Notes under the pieces: generated by a model
Database searches by the model: none
What the model was told of the DNA's origin: nothing
Seen by the model: only the letters and a program-made list of their open reading frames with translations
In this document: one piece after another, positions 30,601 through 48,230 of the stretch
Layout: the number at the start of each line of letters is the position of its first letter
Position numbering within the stretch: position 1 is the stretch's first letter
Program-made: the position numbers and the translations under genes
Assembly: GCA_964035545.1 (NCBI GenBank)
Contig: CAXIUT010000230.1
Location: forward strand, 186,001 to 250,000
Direction of reading: 5' to 3'
DNA from: Bugula neritina
Lineage: Eukaryota; Animalia; Bryozoa
DNA length: 64,000 nt

Positions 30601-33320
30601 TACATACTGAAATATACTGCAACACACTGCAACATACTGCAACATACTAAAATACACTGTAACATAATGAAATACACTGCAACACATTGAAATATACTGC
30701 AAAACACTGAAATACACTGCTATATACTGAAACATACTGCAACACACTGCAACATACTGCAACATACTAAAATATACTGCAACATACTGAAATACTCTGC
30801 AAAATACTGAAATACACTGTAACATACTGAAATATACTGCAACATACTGAAATACACTGCTACATACTGAAATATACGGCAACACACTGCAACATACTGA
30901 AACATACTAAAATACACTGTAACATATTGAAATACACTGCAACACAGTGAAATATACTGCAATGTGCCGAAATATATGGTAAACTACTGAAATATACTGT
31001 CACACATTGAAAATTACTGCAACATACTGAAATGAACTGCGACCCATTGCAATATACTGTAACATACCGAAATATGCTGTAGCACATTGAAATACACTGC
31101 AACTCACTGAAATACAGTGCTACATACTGAAATATACTGCAACATACTGCAACATACTGAAATACACTGTAACAAACTGAAATACACTGCAACATACTAC
31201 AACATTTTGAAACACACTGCAACACATTGAAATATACTGCAACATACCTAAATATACGGTAATATACCAAAATATACTGTAACACATTGAAAAATACTGC
31301 AACATACTGAAATACACTGCAACACACTGAAGAACACTGCAAAATACTGTAACACACTGAAATATACTGCAAAATACTGAAATACACTGCTACATACTGA
31401 AATATACTGCAACACAGTGCAACATACTGCAACATACTAAAATATACTGCAACATACTGAAATACACTGCTAAATACTGAAATACACTGTAACATACTGA
31501 AATACACTGCAAAATACTACAACATTTTGAAATACACTGCAATACATTGAAATATACTGCAACATACCTAAATATACGGTAATATACTGAAATATACTGT
31601 AACACATTGAAAAATACTACAAAATACTGAAATACACTGCAACATACTACAACATACTGAAATACGCTGTAAGACATTGAAATCCACTGCAACACATTGA
31701 AATATACTGTAACTCGCTGAAACATACTGTAACTCACTGAAATATAGTGTAATATACGGAAATGTACTGTAAAATACTGGAATATAATGTAACACACTGA
31801 AATATACAGCAACATACTGAAATACACTGTAACATATTGAAATACACTGCAACACAATGAAATATACTGCAAAATATTGAAATACACTGCTACACACTGA
31901 AATATACTGCAACACACGGCAACATACTGCAACATACTAAAATATACTGCAACATACTGAAATACACTGCAAAATACTGAAATACACTGTAACATACTGA
32001 AATATACTGCAACATACTGAAATATACTGCTACATACTGAAATATACTGCAACACACGGCAACATACTGCAACATACTAAAATATACTGCAACATACTGA
32101 AATACACTGCAAAATACTGAAATACACTGTAACATACTGAAATATACTGCAACATACTGAAATATACTGCTACATACTGAAATATACTGCAACACACTGC
32201 AACATACTGCAACATACTAAAACACACTGTAACATAATGAAATACACTGCAACACATTGAAATATACTGCAAAATACTGAAATACACTGCTATATACTGA
32301 GATATACTGCAACACACTGCAACATACTGCAACATACTAAAATATACTGCAACATACTGAAATACACTGCAAAATACTGAAATACACTGTAACATACTGA
32401 AATATACTGCAACATACTGAAATACACTGCTACATACTGAAATATACGGCAACACACTGCAACATACTGAAACATACTAAAATACACTGTAACATATTGA
32501 AATACACTGCAACACAGTGAAATATACTGCAATGTGCCGAAATGTATGGTAAACTACTGAAATATACTGTCACACATCGAAAAATACTGCAACATACTGA
32601 AATATACTGCGACACATTGCAATATACTGTAACATACCGAAATATGCTGTAGCGCATTGAAATACACTGCAACTCGCTGAAATATACTGCAACATACTGA
32701 AATACACTGTAACATACTGAAATACAGTGCTACATACTGAAATATACTGCAACATACTGCAACATACTGAAATACACTGTAACAAACTGAAATACACTGC
32801 AACGTACTACAACATTTTGAAACACACTGCAACACATTGAAATATACTGCAACATACCTAAATATACGGGAATATACCAAAATATACTGTAACACATTGA
32901 AAAATACTGCAACATACTGAAATACACTGCAACACACTGAAAAACACTGCAAAATACTGTAACACACTGAAATATACTGCAAAACACTGAAATACACTGC
33001 TACATACTGAAATATACTGCAACACAGTGCAACATACTGCAACATACTAAAATATACTGCAACATACTGAAATACACTGCTAAATACTGAAATACACTGT
33101 AACATACTGAAATACACTGCAAAATACTACAACATTTTGAAATACACTGCAATACATTGAAATATACTGCAACATACCTAAATATACGGTAATATACTGA
33201 AATATACTGTAACACATTGAAAAATACTACAAAATACTGAAATACACTGCAACATACTACAACATACTGAAATACGCTGTAATACATTGAAATCCACTGC
33301 AACACATTGAAATATACTGT
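24691..33320. repeat. 8630-bp super-HOR (A + B/A hybrid + B + C), copy 1
   Basis: Landmark spacing 2340 x 3 + 1610. Variants shared with copy 2: aacattttga aaaacactgc at 26521/35151 and aatactctgc at 30791/39411. Confidence 0.92.
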
Positions 33321-36300
33321 AACTCGCTGAAACATACTGTAACTCACTGAAATATAGTGTAATATACGGAAATGTACTGTAAAATACTGGAATATAATGT
33401 AACACACTGAAATATACAGCAACATACTGAAGTACACTGTAACATACTGAAATAAACTGCAACATCCTGCAACATACTGAAATACACTGTAACATACTGA
33501 AATACACCGCAACATCCTACAAGATACTGAAATACACTGTAACGTATTGAAGTACACTGCAACACATTGAAGTATTCTGCAACACACTTAAACATACGGC
33601 AACATACTGAAATATACTTCGGCACATTGCAATATACTGCAGCATACTGAAATATGCTGTAGCCTACTGAAATACACTGCATTATACCGAAATACACTGC
33701 TACATACTGAAATATACTGCAACATACTGAAATATACTGCCACACATTGCAATATACTGTAACATACTGAAATATCCTGTAGCACACTGAAATACACTGC
33801 AACTCACTAAAATATACTGCAACATACTGAAATACACTGTAACATATTGAAATATACTGCAACATACTGAAATACAGTGCTACATACTGAAATATACTGC
33901 AACATACTGCAACATACTGAAATACACTGTAACATACTGAAATACACTGCAACATACTACAACATATTGAAAGACACTGCAACACATTGAAATATGCTGC
34001 AACATACCTAAATATACGGTAATATACCAAAATAAACTGTTACACATTGAAAAATACTGCAACATACTGAAATACACTGCAACACACTGAAAAACACTGC
34101 AGAATACTGTAACACACTGAAATATACTGCAAAATACTGAAATACACTGCTACATACCTAAATATACTGCAACACACTGCAACATACTGCAACATACTAA
34201 AATATACTGCAACATACTGAAATACACTGCAAAATACTGAAATACACTGTAACATACTGAAATATACTGCAACATACTGAAGTACACTCCTACATACTGA
34301 AATATACTGCAACTCACCGCAACATACTGCAACATACTAAAATACACTGTAACATATTGAAATACACTGCAACACATTGAAATATACTGCAAAATATTGA
34401 AATACACTGCTACACACTGAAATATACTGCAACACACGGCAACATACTGCAACATACTAAAATATACTGCAACATACTGAAATACACTGCAAAACACTGA
34501 AATACGCTGTAACATACTGAAATATACTGCAACATACTGAAATATACTGCTACATACTGAAATATACTGCAACACACTGCAACATACTGCAACATACTAA
34601 AATACACTGTAACATAATGAAATACACTGCAACACATTGAAATATACTGCAAAATACTGAAATACACTGCTATATACTGAAACATACTGCAACACACTGC
34701 AACATACTGCAACATACTAAAATATACTGCAACATACTGAAATACACAGCAAAATACTGAAATACACTGTAACATACTGAAATATACTGCAACATACTGA
34801 AATACACTGCTACATACTGAAATATACGGCAACACACTGCAACATACTGAAACATACTAAAATACACTGTAACATATTGAAATACACTGCAACACAGTGA
34901 AATATACTGCAATGTGCCGAAATATATGGTAAACTACTGAAATATACTGTCACACATTGAAAATTACTGCAACATACTGAAATGAACTGCGACACATTGC
35001 AATATACTGTAACATACCGAAATATGCTGTAGCACATTGAAATACACTGCAACTCACTGAAATACAGTGCTACATACTGAAATATACTGCAACATACTGC
35101 AACATACTGAAATACACTGTAACAAACTGAAATACACTGCAACATACTACAACATTTTGAAAAACACTGCAACACATTGAAATATACTGCAACATACCTA
35201 AATATACGGTAATATACCAAAATATACTGTAACACATTGAAAAATACTGCAACATACTGAAATACACTGCAACACACTGAAGAACACTGCAAAATACTGT
35301 AACACACTGAAATATACTGCAAAATACTGAAATACACTGCTACATACTGAAATATACTGCAACACAGTGCAACATACTGCAACATACTAAAATATACTGC
35401 AACATACTGAAATACACTGCTAAATACTGAAATACACTGTAACATACTGAAATACACTGCAAAACACTACAACATTTTGAAATACACTGCAATACATTGA
35501 AATATACTGCAACATACCTAAATATACGGTAATATACTGAAATATACTGTAACACATTGAAAAATACTACAAAATACTGAAATACACTGCAACATACTAC
35601 AACATACTGAAATACGCTGTAAGACATTGAAATCCACTGCAACACATTGAAATATACTGTAACTCGCTGAAACATACTGTAACTCACTGAAATATAGTGT
35701 AATATACGGAAATGTACTGTAAAATACTGGAATATAATGTAACACACTGAAATATACAGCAACATACTGAAATACACTGTAACATACTGAAATAAACTGC
35801 AACATCCTGCAACATACTGAAATACACTGTAACATACTGAAATACACCGCAACATCCTACAAGATCCTGAAATACACTGGAACGTATTGAAGTACACTGC
35901 AACACATTGAAGTATTCTGCAACACACTTAAACATACGGCAACATACTGAAATATACTTCGGCACATTGCAATATACTGCAGCATACTGAAATATGCTGT
36001 AGCCTGCTGAAATACACTGCATTATACTGAAATACACTGCTACATACTGAAATATACTGCAACATACTGAAATATACTGCCACACATTGCAATATACTGT
36101 AACATACTGAAATATCCTGTAGCACACTGAAATACACTGCAACTCACTAAAATATACTGCAACATACTGAAATACACTGTAACATATTGAAATATACTGC
36201 AACATACTGAAATACAGTGCTACATACTGAAATATACTGCAACATACTGCAACATACTGAAATACACTGTAACATACTGAAATACACTGCAACATACTAC

Positions 36301-39300
36301 AACATATTGAAAGACACTGCAACACATTGAAATATGCTGCAACATACCTAAATATACGGTAATATACCAAAATAAACTGTTACACATTGAAAAATACTGC
36401 AACATACTGAAATACACTGCAACACACTGAAAAACACTGCAGAATACTGTAACACACTGAAATATACTGCAAAATACTGAAATACACTGCTACATACCTA
36501 AATATACTGCAACACACTGCAACATACTGCAACATACTAAAATATACTGCAACATACTGAAATACACTGCAAAATACTGAAATACACTGTAACATACTGA
36601 AATATACTGCAACATACTGAAGTACACTCCTACATACTGAAATATACTGCAACTCACCGCAACATACTGCAACATACTAAAATACACTGTAACATATTGA
36701 AATACACTGCAACACATTGAAATATACTGCAAAATATTGAAATACACTGCTACACACTGAAATATACTGCAACACACGGCAACATACTGCAACATACTAA
36801 AATATACTGCAACATACTGAAATACACTGCAAAACACTGAAATACGCTGTAACATACTGAAATATACTGCAACATACTGAAATATACTGCTACATACTGA
36901 AATATACTGCAACACACTGCAACATACTGCAACATACTAAAATACACTGTAACATAATGAAATACACTGCAACACATTGAAATATACTGCAAAATACTGA
37001 AATACACTGCTATATACTGAAACATACTGCAACACACTGCAACATACTGCAACATACTAAAATATACTGCAACATACTGAAATACACAGCAAAATACTGA
37101 AATACACTGTAACATACTGAAATATACTGCAACATACTGAAATACACTGCTACATACTGAAATATACGGCAACACACTGCAACATACTGAAACATACTAA
37201 AATACACTGTAACATATTGAAATACACTGCAACACAGTGAAATATACTGCAATGTGCCGAAATATATGGTAAACTACTGAAATATACTGTCACACATTGA
37301 AAATTACTGCAACATACTGAAATGAACTGCGACACATTGCAATATACTGTAACATACCGAAATATGCTGTAGCACATTGAAATACACTGCAACTCACTGA
37401 AATACAGTGCTACATACTGAAATATACTGCAACATACTGCAACATACTGAAATACACTGTAACAAACTGAAATACACTGCAACATACTACAACATTTTGA
37501 AACACACTGCAACACATTGAAATATACTGCAACATACCTAAATATACGGTAATATACCAAAATATACTGTAACACATTGAAAAATACTGCAACATACTGA
37601 AATACACTGCAACACACTGAAGAACACTGCAAAATACTGTAACACACTGAAATATACTGCAAAATACTGAAATACACTGCTACATACTGAAATATACTGC
37701 AACACAGTGCAACATACTGCAACATACTAAAATATACTGCAACATACTGAAATACACTGCTAAATACTGAAATACACTGTAACATACTGAAATACACTGC
37801 AAAACACTACAACATTTTGAAATACACTGCAATACATTGAAATATACTGCAACATACCTAAATATACGGTAATATACTGAAATATACTGTAACACATTGA
37901 AAAATACTACAAAATACTGAAATACACTGCAACATACTACAACATACTGAAATACGCTGTAAGACATTGAAATCCACTGCAACACATTGAAATATACTGT
38001 AACTCGCTGAAACATACTGTAACTCACTGAAATATAGTGTAATATACGGAAATGTACTGTAAAATACTGGAATATAATGTAACACACTGAAATATACAGC
38101 AACATACTGAAATACACTGTAACATACTGAAATAAACTGCAACATCCTGCAACATACTGAAATACACTGTAACATACTGAAATACACCGCAACATCCTAC
38201 AAGATCCTGAAATACACTGGAACGTATTGAAGTACACTGCAACACATTGAAGTATTCTGCAACACACTTAAACATACGGCAACATACTGAAATATACTTC
38301 GGCACATTGCAATATACTGCAGCATACTGAAATATGCTGTAGCCTGCTGAAATACACTGCATTATACTGAAATACACTGCTACATACTGAAATATACTGC
38401 AACATACTGAAATATACTGCGACACATTGCAATATACTGTAACATACTGAAATATGCTGTAGCACACTGAAATACACTGCAACTCACTGAAATATACTGC
38501 AACATACTGAAATACACTGTAACATATTGAAATATACTGCAACATACTGAAATACAGTGCTACATACTGAAATATACTGCAACATACTGCAACATACTGA
38601 AATACACTGTAACATACTGAAATACACTGCAACATACTACAACATATTGAAAGACACTGCAACACATTGAAATATGCTGCAACATACCTAAATATACGGT
38701 AATATACCAAAATAAACTGTTACACATTGAAAAATACTGCAACATACTGAAATACACTGCAACACACTGAAAAACACTGCAAAATACTGTAACACACTGA
38801 AATATACTGCAAAATACTGAAATACACTGCTACATACTTAAATATACTGCAACACACTGCAACATACTGCAACATACTAAAATATACTGCAACATACTGA
38901 AATACACTGCAAAATACTGAAATACACTGTAACATACTGAAATATACTGCAACATACTGAAGTACACTCCTACATACTGAAATATACTGCAACTCACTGC
39001 AACATACTGCAACATACTAAAATACACTGTAACATATTGAAATACACTGCAACACATTGAAATATACCACAAAATATTGAAATACACTGCTACACACTGA
39101 AATATACTGCAACACACGGCAACATACTGCAACATACTAAAATATACTGCAACATACTGAAATACACTGCAAAACACTGAAATACGCTGTAACATACTGA
39201 AATATACTGCAACATACTGAAATATACTGCTACATACTGAAATATACTGCAACACACTGCAACATACTGCAACATACTAAAATACACTGTAACATAATGA

Positions 39301-41940
39301 AATACACTGCAACACATTGAAATATACTGCAAAATACTGAAATACACTGCTATATACTGAAACATACTGCAACACACTGCAACATACTAAAATATACTGC
39401 AACATACTGAAATACTCTGCAAAATACTGAAATACACTGTAACATACTGAAATATACTGCAACATACTGAAATACACTGCTACATACTGAAATATACGGC
39501 AACACACTGCAACATACTGAAACATACTAAAATACACTGTAACATATTGAAATACACTGCAACACAGTGAAATATACTGCAATGTGCCGAAATATATGGT
39601 AAACTACTGAAATATACTGTCACACATTGAAAATTACTGCAACATACTGAAATGAACTGCGACCCATTGCAATATACTGTAACATACCGAAATATGCTGT
39701 AGCACATTGAAATACACTGCAACTCACTGAAATACAGTGCTACATACTGAAATATACTGCAACATACTGCAACATACTGAAATACACTGTAACAAACTGA
39801 AATACACTGCAACATACTACAACATTTTGAAACACACTGCAACACATTGAAATATACTGCAACATACCTAAATATACGGTAATATACCAAAATATACTGT
39901 AACACATTGAAAAATACTGCAACATACTGAAATACACTGCAACACACTGAAGAACACTGCAAAATACTGTAACACACTGAAATATACTGCAAAATACTGA
40001 AATACACTGCTACATACTGAAATATACTGCAACACAGTGCAACATACTGCAACATACTAAAATATACTGCAACATACTGAAATACACTGCTAAATACTGA
40101 AATACACTGTAACATACTGAAATACACTGCAAAATACTACAACATTTTGAAATACACTGCAATACATTGAAATATACTGCAACATACCTAAATATACGGT
40201 AATATACTGAAATATACTGTAACACATTGAAAAATACTACAAAATACTGAAATACACTGCAACATACTACAACATACTGAAATACGCTGTAAGACATTGA
40301 AATCCACTGCAACACATTGAAATATACTGTAACTCGCTGAAACATACTGTAACTCACTGAAATATAGTGTAATATACGGAAATGTACTGTAAAATACTGG
40401 AATATAATGTAACACACTGAAATATACAGCAACATACTGAAATACACTGTAACATATTGAAATACACTGCAACACATTGAAATATACTGCAAAATATTGA
40501 AATACACTGCTACACACTGAAATATACTGCAACACACGGCAACATACTGCAACATACTAAAATATACTGCAACATACTGAAATACACTGCAAAATACTGA
40601 AATACACTGTAACATACTGAAATATACTGCAACATACTGAAATATACTGCTACATACTGAAATATACTGCAACACACGGCAACATACTGCAACATACTAA
40701 AATATACTGCAACATACTGAAATACACTGCAAAATACTGAAATACACTGTAACATACTGAAATATACTGCAACATACTGAAATATACTGCTACATACTGA
40801 AATATACTGCAACACACTGCAACATACTGCAACATACTAAAACACACTGTAACATAATGAAATACACTGCAACACATTGAAATATACTGCAAAATACTGA
40901 AATACACTGCTATATACTGAGATATACTGCAACACACTGCAACATACTGCAACATACTAAAATATACTGCAACATACTGAAATACACTGCAAAATACTGA
41001 AATACACTGTAACATACTGAAATATACTGCAACATACTGAAATACACTGCTACATACTGAAATATACGGCAACACACTGCAACATACTGAAACATACTAA
41101 AATACACTGTAACATATTGAAATACACTGCAACACAGTGAAATATACTGCAATGTGCCGAAATGTATGGTAAACTACTGAAATATACTGTCACACATCGA
41201 AAAATACTGCAACATACTGAAATATACTGCGACACATTGCAATATACTGTAACATACCGAAATATGCTGTAGCGCATTGAAATACACTGCAACTCGCTGA
41301 AATATACTGCAACATACTGAAATACACTGTAACATACTGAAATACAGTGCTACATACTGAAATATACTGCAACATACTGCAACATACTGAAATACACTGT
41401 AACAAACTGAAATACACTGCAACGTACTACAACATTTTGAAACACACTGCAACACATTGAAATATACTGCAACATACCTAAATATACGGGAATATACCAA
41501 AATATACTGTAACACATTGAAAAATACTGCAACATACTGAAATACACTGCAACACACTGAAAAACACTGCAAAATACTGTAACACACTGAAATATACTGC
41601 AAAACACTGAAATACACTGCTACATACTGAAATATACTGCAACACAGTGCAACATACTGCAACATACTAAAATATACTGCAACATACTGAAATACACTGC
41701 TAAATACTGAAATACACTGTAACATACTGAAATACACTGCAAAATACTACAACATTTTGAAATACACTGCAATACATTGAAATATACTGCAACATACCTA
41801 AATATACGGTAATATACTGAAATATACTGTAACACATTGAAAAATACTACAAAATACTGAAATACACTGCAACATACTACAACATACTGAAATACGCTGT
41901 AATACATTGAAATCCACTGCAACACATTGAAATATACTGT
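33321..41940. repeat. 8620-bp super-HOR, copy 2 (one 10-bp monomer deleted near 39381)
   Basis: Same marker order as 24691-33320. The offset is 8630 before about 39381 and 8620 after it. Confidence 0.92.
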
Positions 41941-44900
41941 AACTCGCTGAAACATACTGTAACTCACTGAAATATAGTGTAATATACGGAAATGTACTGT
42001 AAAATACTGGAATATAATGTAACACACTGAAATATACAGCAACATACTGAAGTACACTGTAACATACTGAAATAAACTGCAACATCCTGCAACATACTGA
42101 AATACACTGTAACATACTGAAATACACCGCAACATCCTACAAGATACTGAAATACACTGTAACGTATTGAAGTACACTGCAACACATTGAAGTATTCTGC
42201 AACACACTTAAACATACGGCAACATACTGAAATATACTTCGGCACATTGCAATATACTGCAGCATACTGAAATATGCTGTAGCCTACTGAAATACACTGC
42301 ATTATACCGAAATACACTGCTACATACTGAAATATACTGCAACATACTGAAATATACTGCCACACATTGCAATATACTGTAACATACTGAAATATCCTGT
42401 AGCACACTGAAATACACTGCAACTCACTAAAATATACTGCAACATACTGAAATACACTGTAACATATTGAAATATACTGCAACATACTGAAATACAGTGC
42501 TACATACTGAAATATACTGCAACATACTGCAACATACTGAAATACACTGTAACATACTGAAATACACTGCAACATACTACAACATATTGAAAGACACTGC
42601 AACACATTGAAATATGCTGCAACATACCTAATTATACGGTAATATACCAAAATAAACTGTTACACATTGAAAAATACTGCAACATACTGAAATACACTGC
42701 AACACACTGAAAAACACTGCAGAATACTGTAACACACTGAAATATACTGCAAAATACTGAAATACACTGCTACATACCTAAATATACTGCAACACACTGC
42801 AACATACTGCAACATACTAAAATATACTGCAACATACTGAAATACACTGCAAAATACTGAAATACACTGTAACATACTGAAATATACTGCAACATAATGA
42901 AGTACACTCTTACATACTGAAATATACTGCAACTCACAGCAACATACTGCAACATACTAAAATACACTGTAACATATTGAAATACACTGCAACACATTGA
43001 AATATACTGCAAAATATTGAAATACACTGCTACACACTGAAATATACTGCAACACACGGCAACATACTGCAACATACTAAAATATACTGCAACATACTGA
43101 AATACACTGCAAAACACTGAAATACGCTGTAACATAATGAAATATACTGCAACATACTGAAATATACTGCTACATACTGAAATATACTGCAACACACTGC
43201 AACATACTGCAACATACTAAAATACACTGTAACATAATGAAATACACTGCAACACATTGAAATATACTGCAAAATACTGAAATACACTGCTATATACTGA
43301 AACATACTGCAACACACTGCAACATACTGCAACATACTAAAATATACTGCAACATACTGAAATACACAGCAAAATACTGAAATACACTGTAACATACTGA
43401 AATATACTGCAACATACTGAAATACACTGCTACATACTGAAATATACGGCAACACACTGCAACATACTGAAACATACTAAAATACACTGTAACATATTGA
43501 AATACACTGCAACACAGTGAAATATACTGCAATGTGCCGAAATATATGGTAAACTACTGAAATATACTGTCACACATTGAAAATTACTGCAACATACTGA
43601 AATGAACTGCGACACATTGCAATATACTGTAACATACCGAAATATGCTGTAGCACATTGAAATACACTGCAACTCACTGAAATACAGTGCTACATACTGA
43701 AATATACTGCAACATACTGCAACATACTGAAATACACTGTAACAAACTGAAATACACTGCAACATACTACAACATTTTGAAACACACTGCAACACATTGA
43801 AATATACTGCAACATACCTAAATATACGGTAATATACCAAAATATACTGTAACACATTGAAAAATACTGCAACATACTGAAATACACTGCAACACACTGA
43901 AGAACACTGCAAAATACTGTAACACACTGAAATATACTGCAAAATACTGAAATACACTGCTACATACTGAAATATACTGCAACACAGTGCAACATACTGC
44001 AACATACTAAAATATACTGCAACATACTGAAATACACTGCTAAATACTGAAATACACTGTAACATACTGAAATACACTGCAAAACACTACAACATTTTGA
44101 AATACACTGCAATACATTGAAATATACTGCAACATACCTAAATATACGGTAATATACTGAAATATACTGTAACACATTGAAAAATACTACAAAATACTGA
44201 AATACACTGCAACATACTACAACATACTGAAATACGCTGTAAGACATTGAAATCCACTGCAACACATTGAAATATACTGTAACTCGCTGAAACATACTGT
44301 AACTCACTGAAATATAGTGTAATATACGGAAATGTACTGTAAAATACTGGAATATAATGTAACACACTGAAATATACAGCAACATACTGAAATACACTGT
44401 AACATACTGAAATAAACTGCAACATCCTGCAACATACTGAAATACACTGTAACATACTGAAATACACCGCAACATCCTACAAGATCATGAAATACACTGG
44501 AACGTATTGAAGTACACTGCAACACATTGAAGTATTCTGCAACACACTTAAACATACGGCAACATACTGAAATATACTTCGGCACATTGCAATATACTGC
44601 AGCATACTGAAATATGCTGTAGCCTGCTGAAATACACTGCATTATACTGAAATACACTGCTACATACTGAAATATACTGCAACATACTGAAATATACTGC
44701 GACACATTGCAATATACTGTAACATACTGAAATATGCTGTAGCACACTGAAATACACTGCAACTCACTGAAATATACTGCAACATACTGAAATACACTGT
44801 AACATATTGAAATATACTGCAACATACTGAAATACAGTGCTACATACTGAAATATACTGCAACATACTGCAACATACTGAAATACACTGTAACATACTGA

Positions 44901-47900
44901 AATACACTGCAACATACTACAACATATTGAAAGACACTGCAACACATTGAAATATGCTGCAACATACCTAAATATACGGTAATATACCAAAATAAACTGT
45001 TACACATTGAAAAATACTGCAACATACTGAAATACACTGCAACACACTGAAAAACACTGCAAAATACTGTAACACACTGAAATATACTGCAAAATACTGA
45101 AATACACTGCTACATACTTAAATATACTGCAACACACTGCAACATACTGCAACATACTAAAATATACTGCAACATACTGAAATACACTGCAAAATACTGA
45201 AATACACTGTAACATACTGAAATATACTGCAACATACTGAAGTACACTCCTACATACTGAAATATACTGCAACTCACTGCAACATACTGCAACATACTAA
45301 AATACACTGTAACATATTGAAATACACTGCAACACATTGAAATATACCACAAAATATTGAAATACACTGCTACACACTGAAATATACTGCAACACACGGC
45401 AACATACTGCAACATACTAAAATATACTGCAACATACTGAAATACACTGCAAAACACTGAAATACGCTGTAACATACTGAAATATACTGCAACATACTGA
45501 AATATACTGCTACATACTGAAATATACTGCAACACACTGCAACATACTGCAACATACTAAAATACACTGTAACATAATGAAATACACTGCAACACATTGA
45601 AATATACTGCAAAATACTGAAATACACTGCTATATACTGAAACATACTGCAACACACTGCAACATACTGCAACATACTAAAATATACTGCAACATACTGA
45701 AATACACTGCAAAATACTGAAATACACTGTAACATACTGAAATATACTGCAACATACTGAAATACACTGCTACATACTGAAATATACGGCAACACACTGC
45801 AACATACTGAAACATACTAAAATACACTGTAACATATTGAAATACACTGCAACACAGTGAAATATACTGCAATGTGCCGAAATATATGGTAAACTACTGA
45901 AATATACTGTCACACATTGAAAATTACTGCAACATACTGAAATGAACTGCGACCCATTGCAATATACTGTAACATACCGAAATATGCTGTAGCACATTGA
46001 AATACACTGCAACTCACTGAAATACAGTGCTACATACTGAAATATACTGCAACATACTGCAACATACTGAAATACACTGTAACAAACTGAAATACACTGC
46101 AACATACTACAACATTTTGAAACACACTGCAACACATTGAAATATACTGCAACATACCTAAATATACGGTAATATACCAAAATATACTGTAACACATTGA
46201 AAAATACTGCAACATACTGAAATACACTGCAACACACTGAAGAACACTGCAAAATACTGTAACACACTGAAATATACTGCAAAATACTGAAATACACTGC
46301 TACATACTGAAATATACTGCAACACAGTGCAACATACTGCAACATACTAAAATATACTGCAACATACTGAAATACACTGCTAAATACTGAAATACACTGT
46401 AACATACTGAAATACACTGCAAAATACTACAACATTTTGAAATACACTGCAATACATTGAAATATACTGCAACATACCTAAATATACGGTAATATACTGA
46501 AATATACTGTAACACATTGAAAAATACTACAAAATACTGAAATACACTGCAACATATTACAACATACTGAAATACGCTGTAAGACATTGAAATCCACTGC
46601 AACACATTGAAATATACTGTAACTCGCTGAAACATACTGTAACTCACTGAAATATAGTGTAATATACGGAAATGTACTGTAAAATACTGGAATATAATGT
46701 AACACACTGAAATATACAGCAACATACTGAAATACACTGTAACATATTGAAATACACTGCAACACATTGAAATATACTGCAAAATATTGAAATACACTGC
46801 TACACACTGAAATATACTGCAACACACGGCAACATACTGCAACATACTAAAATATACTGCAACATACTGAAATACACTGCAAAATACTGAAATACACTGT
46901 AACATACTGAAATATACTGCAACATACTGAAATATACTGCTACATACTGAAATATACTGCAACACACGGCAACATACCGCAACATACTAAAATATACTGC
47001 AACATACTGAAATACACTGCAAAATACTGAAATACACTGTAACATACTGAAATATACTGCAACATACTGAAATATACTGCTACATACTGAAATATACTGC
47101 AACACACTGCAACATACTGCAACATACTAAAACACACTGTAACATAATGAAATACACTGCAACACATTGAAATATACTGCAAAATACTGAAATACACTGC
47201 TATATACTGAGATATACTGCAACACACTGCAACATACTGCAACATACTAAAATATACTGCAACATACTGAAATACACTGCAAAATACTGAAATACACTGT
47301 AACATACTGAAATATACTGCAACATACTGAAATACACTGCTACATACTGAAATATACGGCAACACACTGCAACATACTGAAACATACTAAAATACACTGT
47401 AACATATTGAAATACACTGCAACACAGTGAAATATACTGCAATGTGCCGAAATGTATGGTAAACTACTGAAATATACTGTCACACATCGAAAAATACTGC
47501 AACATACTGAAATATACTGCGACACATTGCAATATACTGTAACATACCGAAATATGCTGTAGCGCATTGAAATACACTGCAACTCGCTGAAATATACTGC
47601 AACATACTGAAATACACTGTAACATACTGAAATACAGTGCTACATACTGAAATATACTGCAACATACTGCAACATACTGAAATACACTGTAACAAACTGA
47701 AATACACTGCAACGTACTACAACATTTTGAAACACACTGCAACACATTGAAATATACTGCAACATACCTAAATATACGGGAATATACCAAAATATACTGT
47801 AACACATTGAAAAATACTGCAACATACTGAAATACACTGCAACACACTGAAAAACACTGCAAAATACTGTAACACACTGAAATATACTGCAAAACACTGA

Positions 47901-48230
47901 AATACACTGCTACATACTGAAATATACTGCAACACAGTGCAACATACTGCAACATACTAAAATATACTGCAACATACTGAAATACACTGCTAAATACTGA
48001 AATACACTGTAACATACTGAAATACACTGCAAAATACTACAACATTTTGAAATACACTGCAATACATTGAAATATACTGCAACATACCTAAATATACGGT
48101 AATATACTGAAATATACTGTAACACATTGAAAAATACTACAAAATACTGAAATACACTGCAACATACTACAACATACTGAAATACGCTGTAATACATTGA
48201 AATCCACTGCAACACATTGAAATATACTGT
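41941..48230. repeat. 6290-bp super-HOR (A + B + C)
   Basis: Landmarks at 41941, 44281, 46621 and 48231; aatataccac at 45341; gacccattgc at 45951. Confidence 0.9.
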
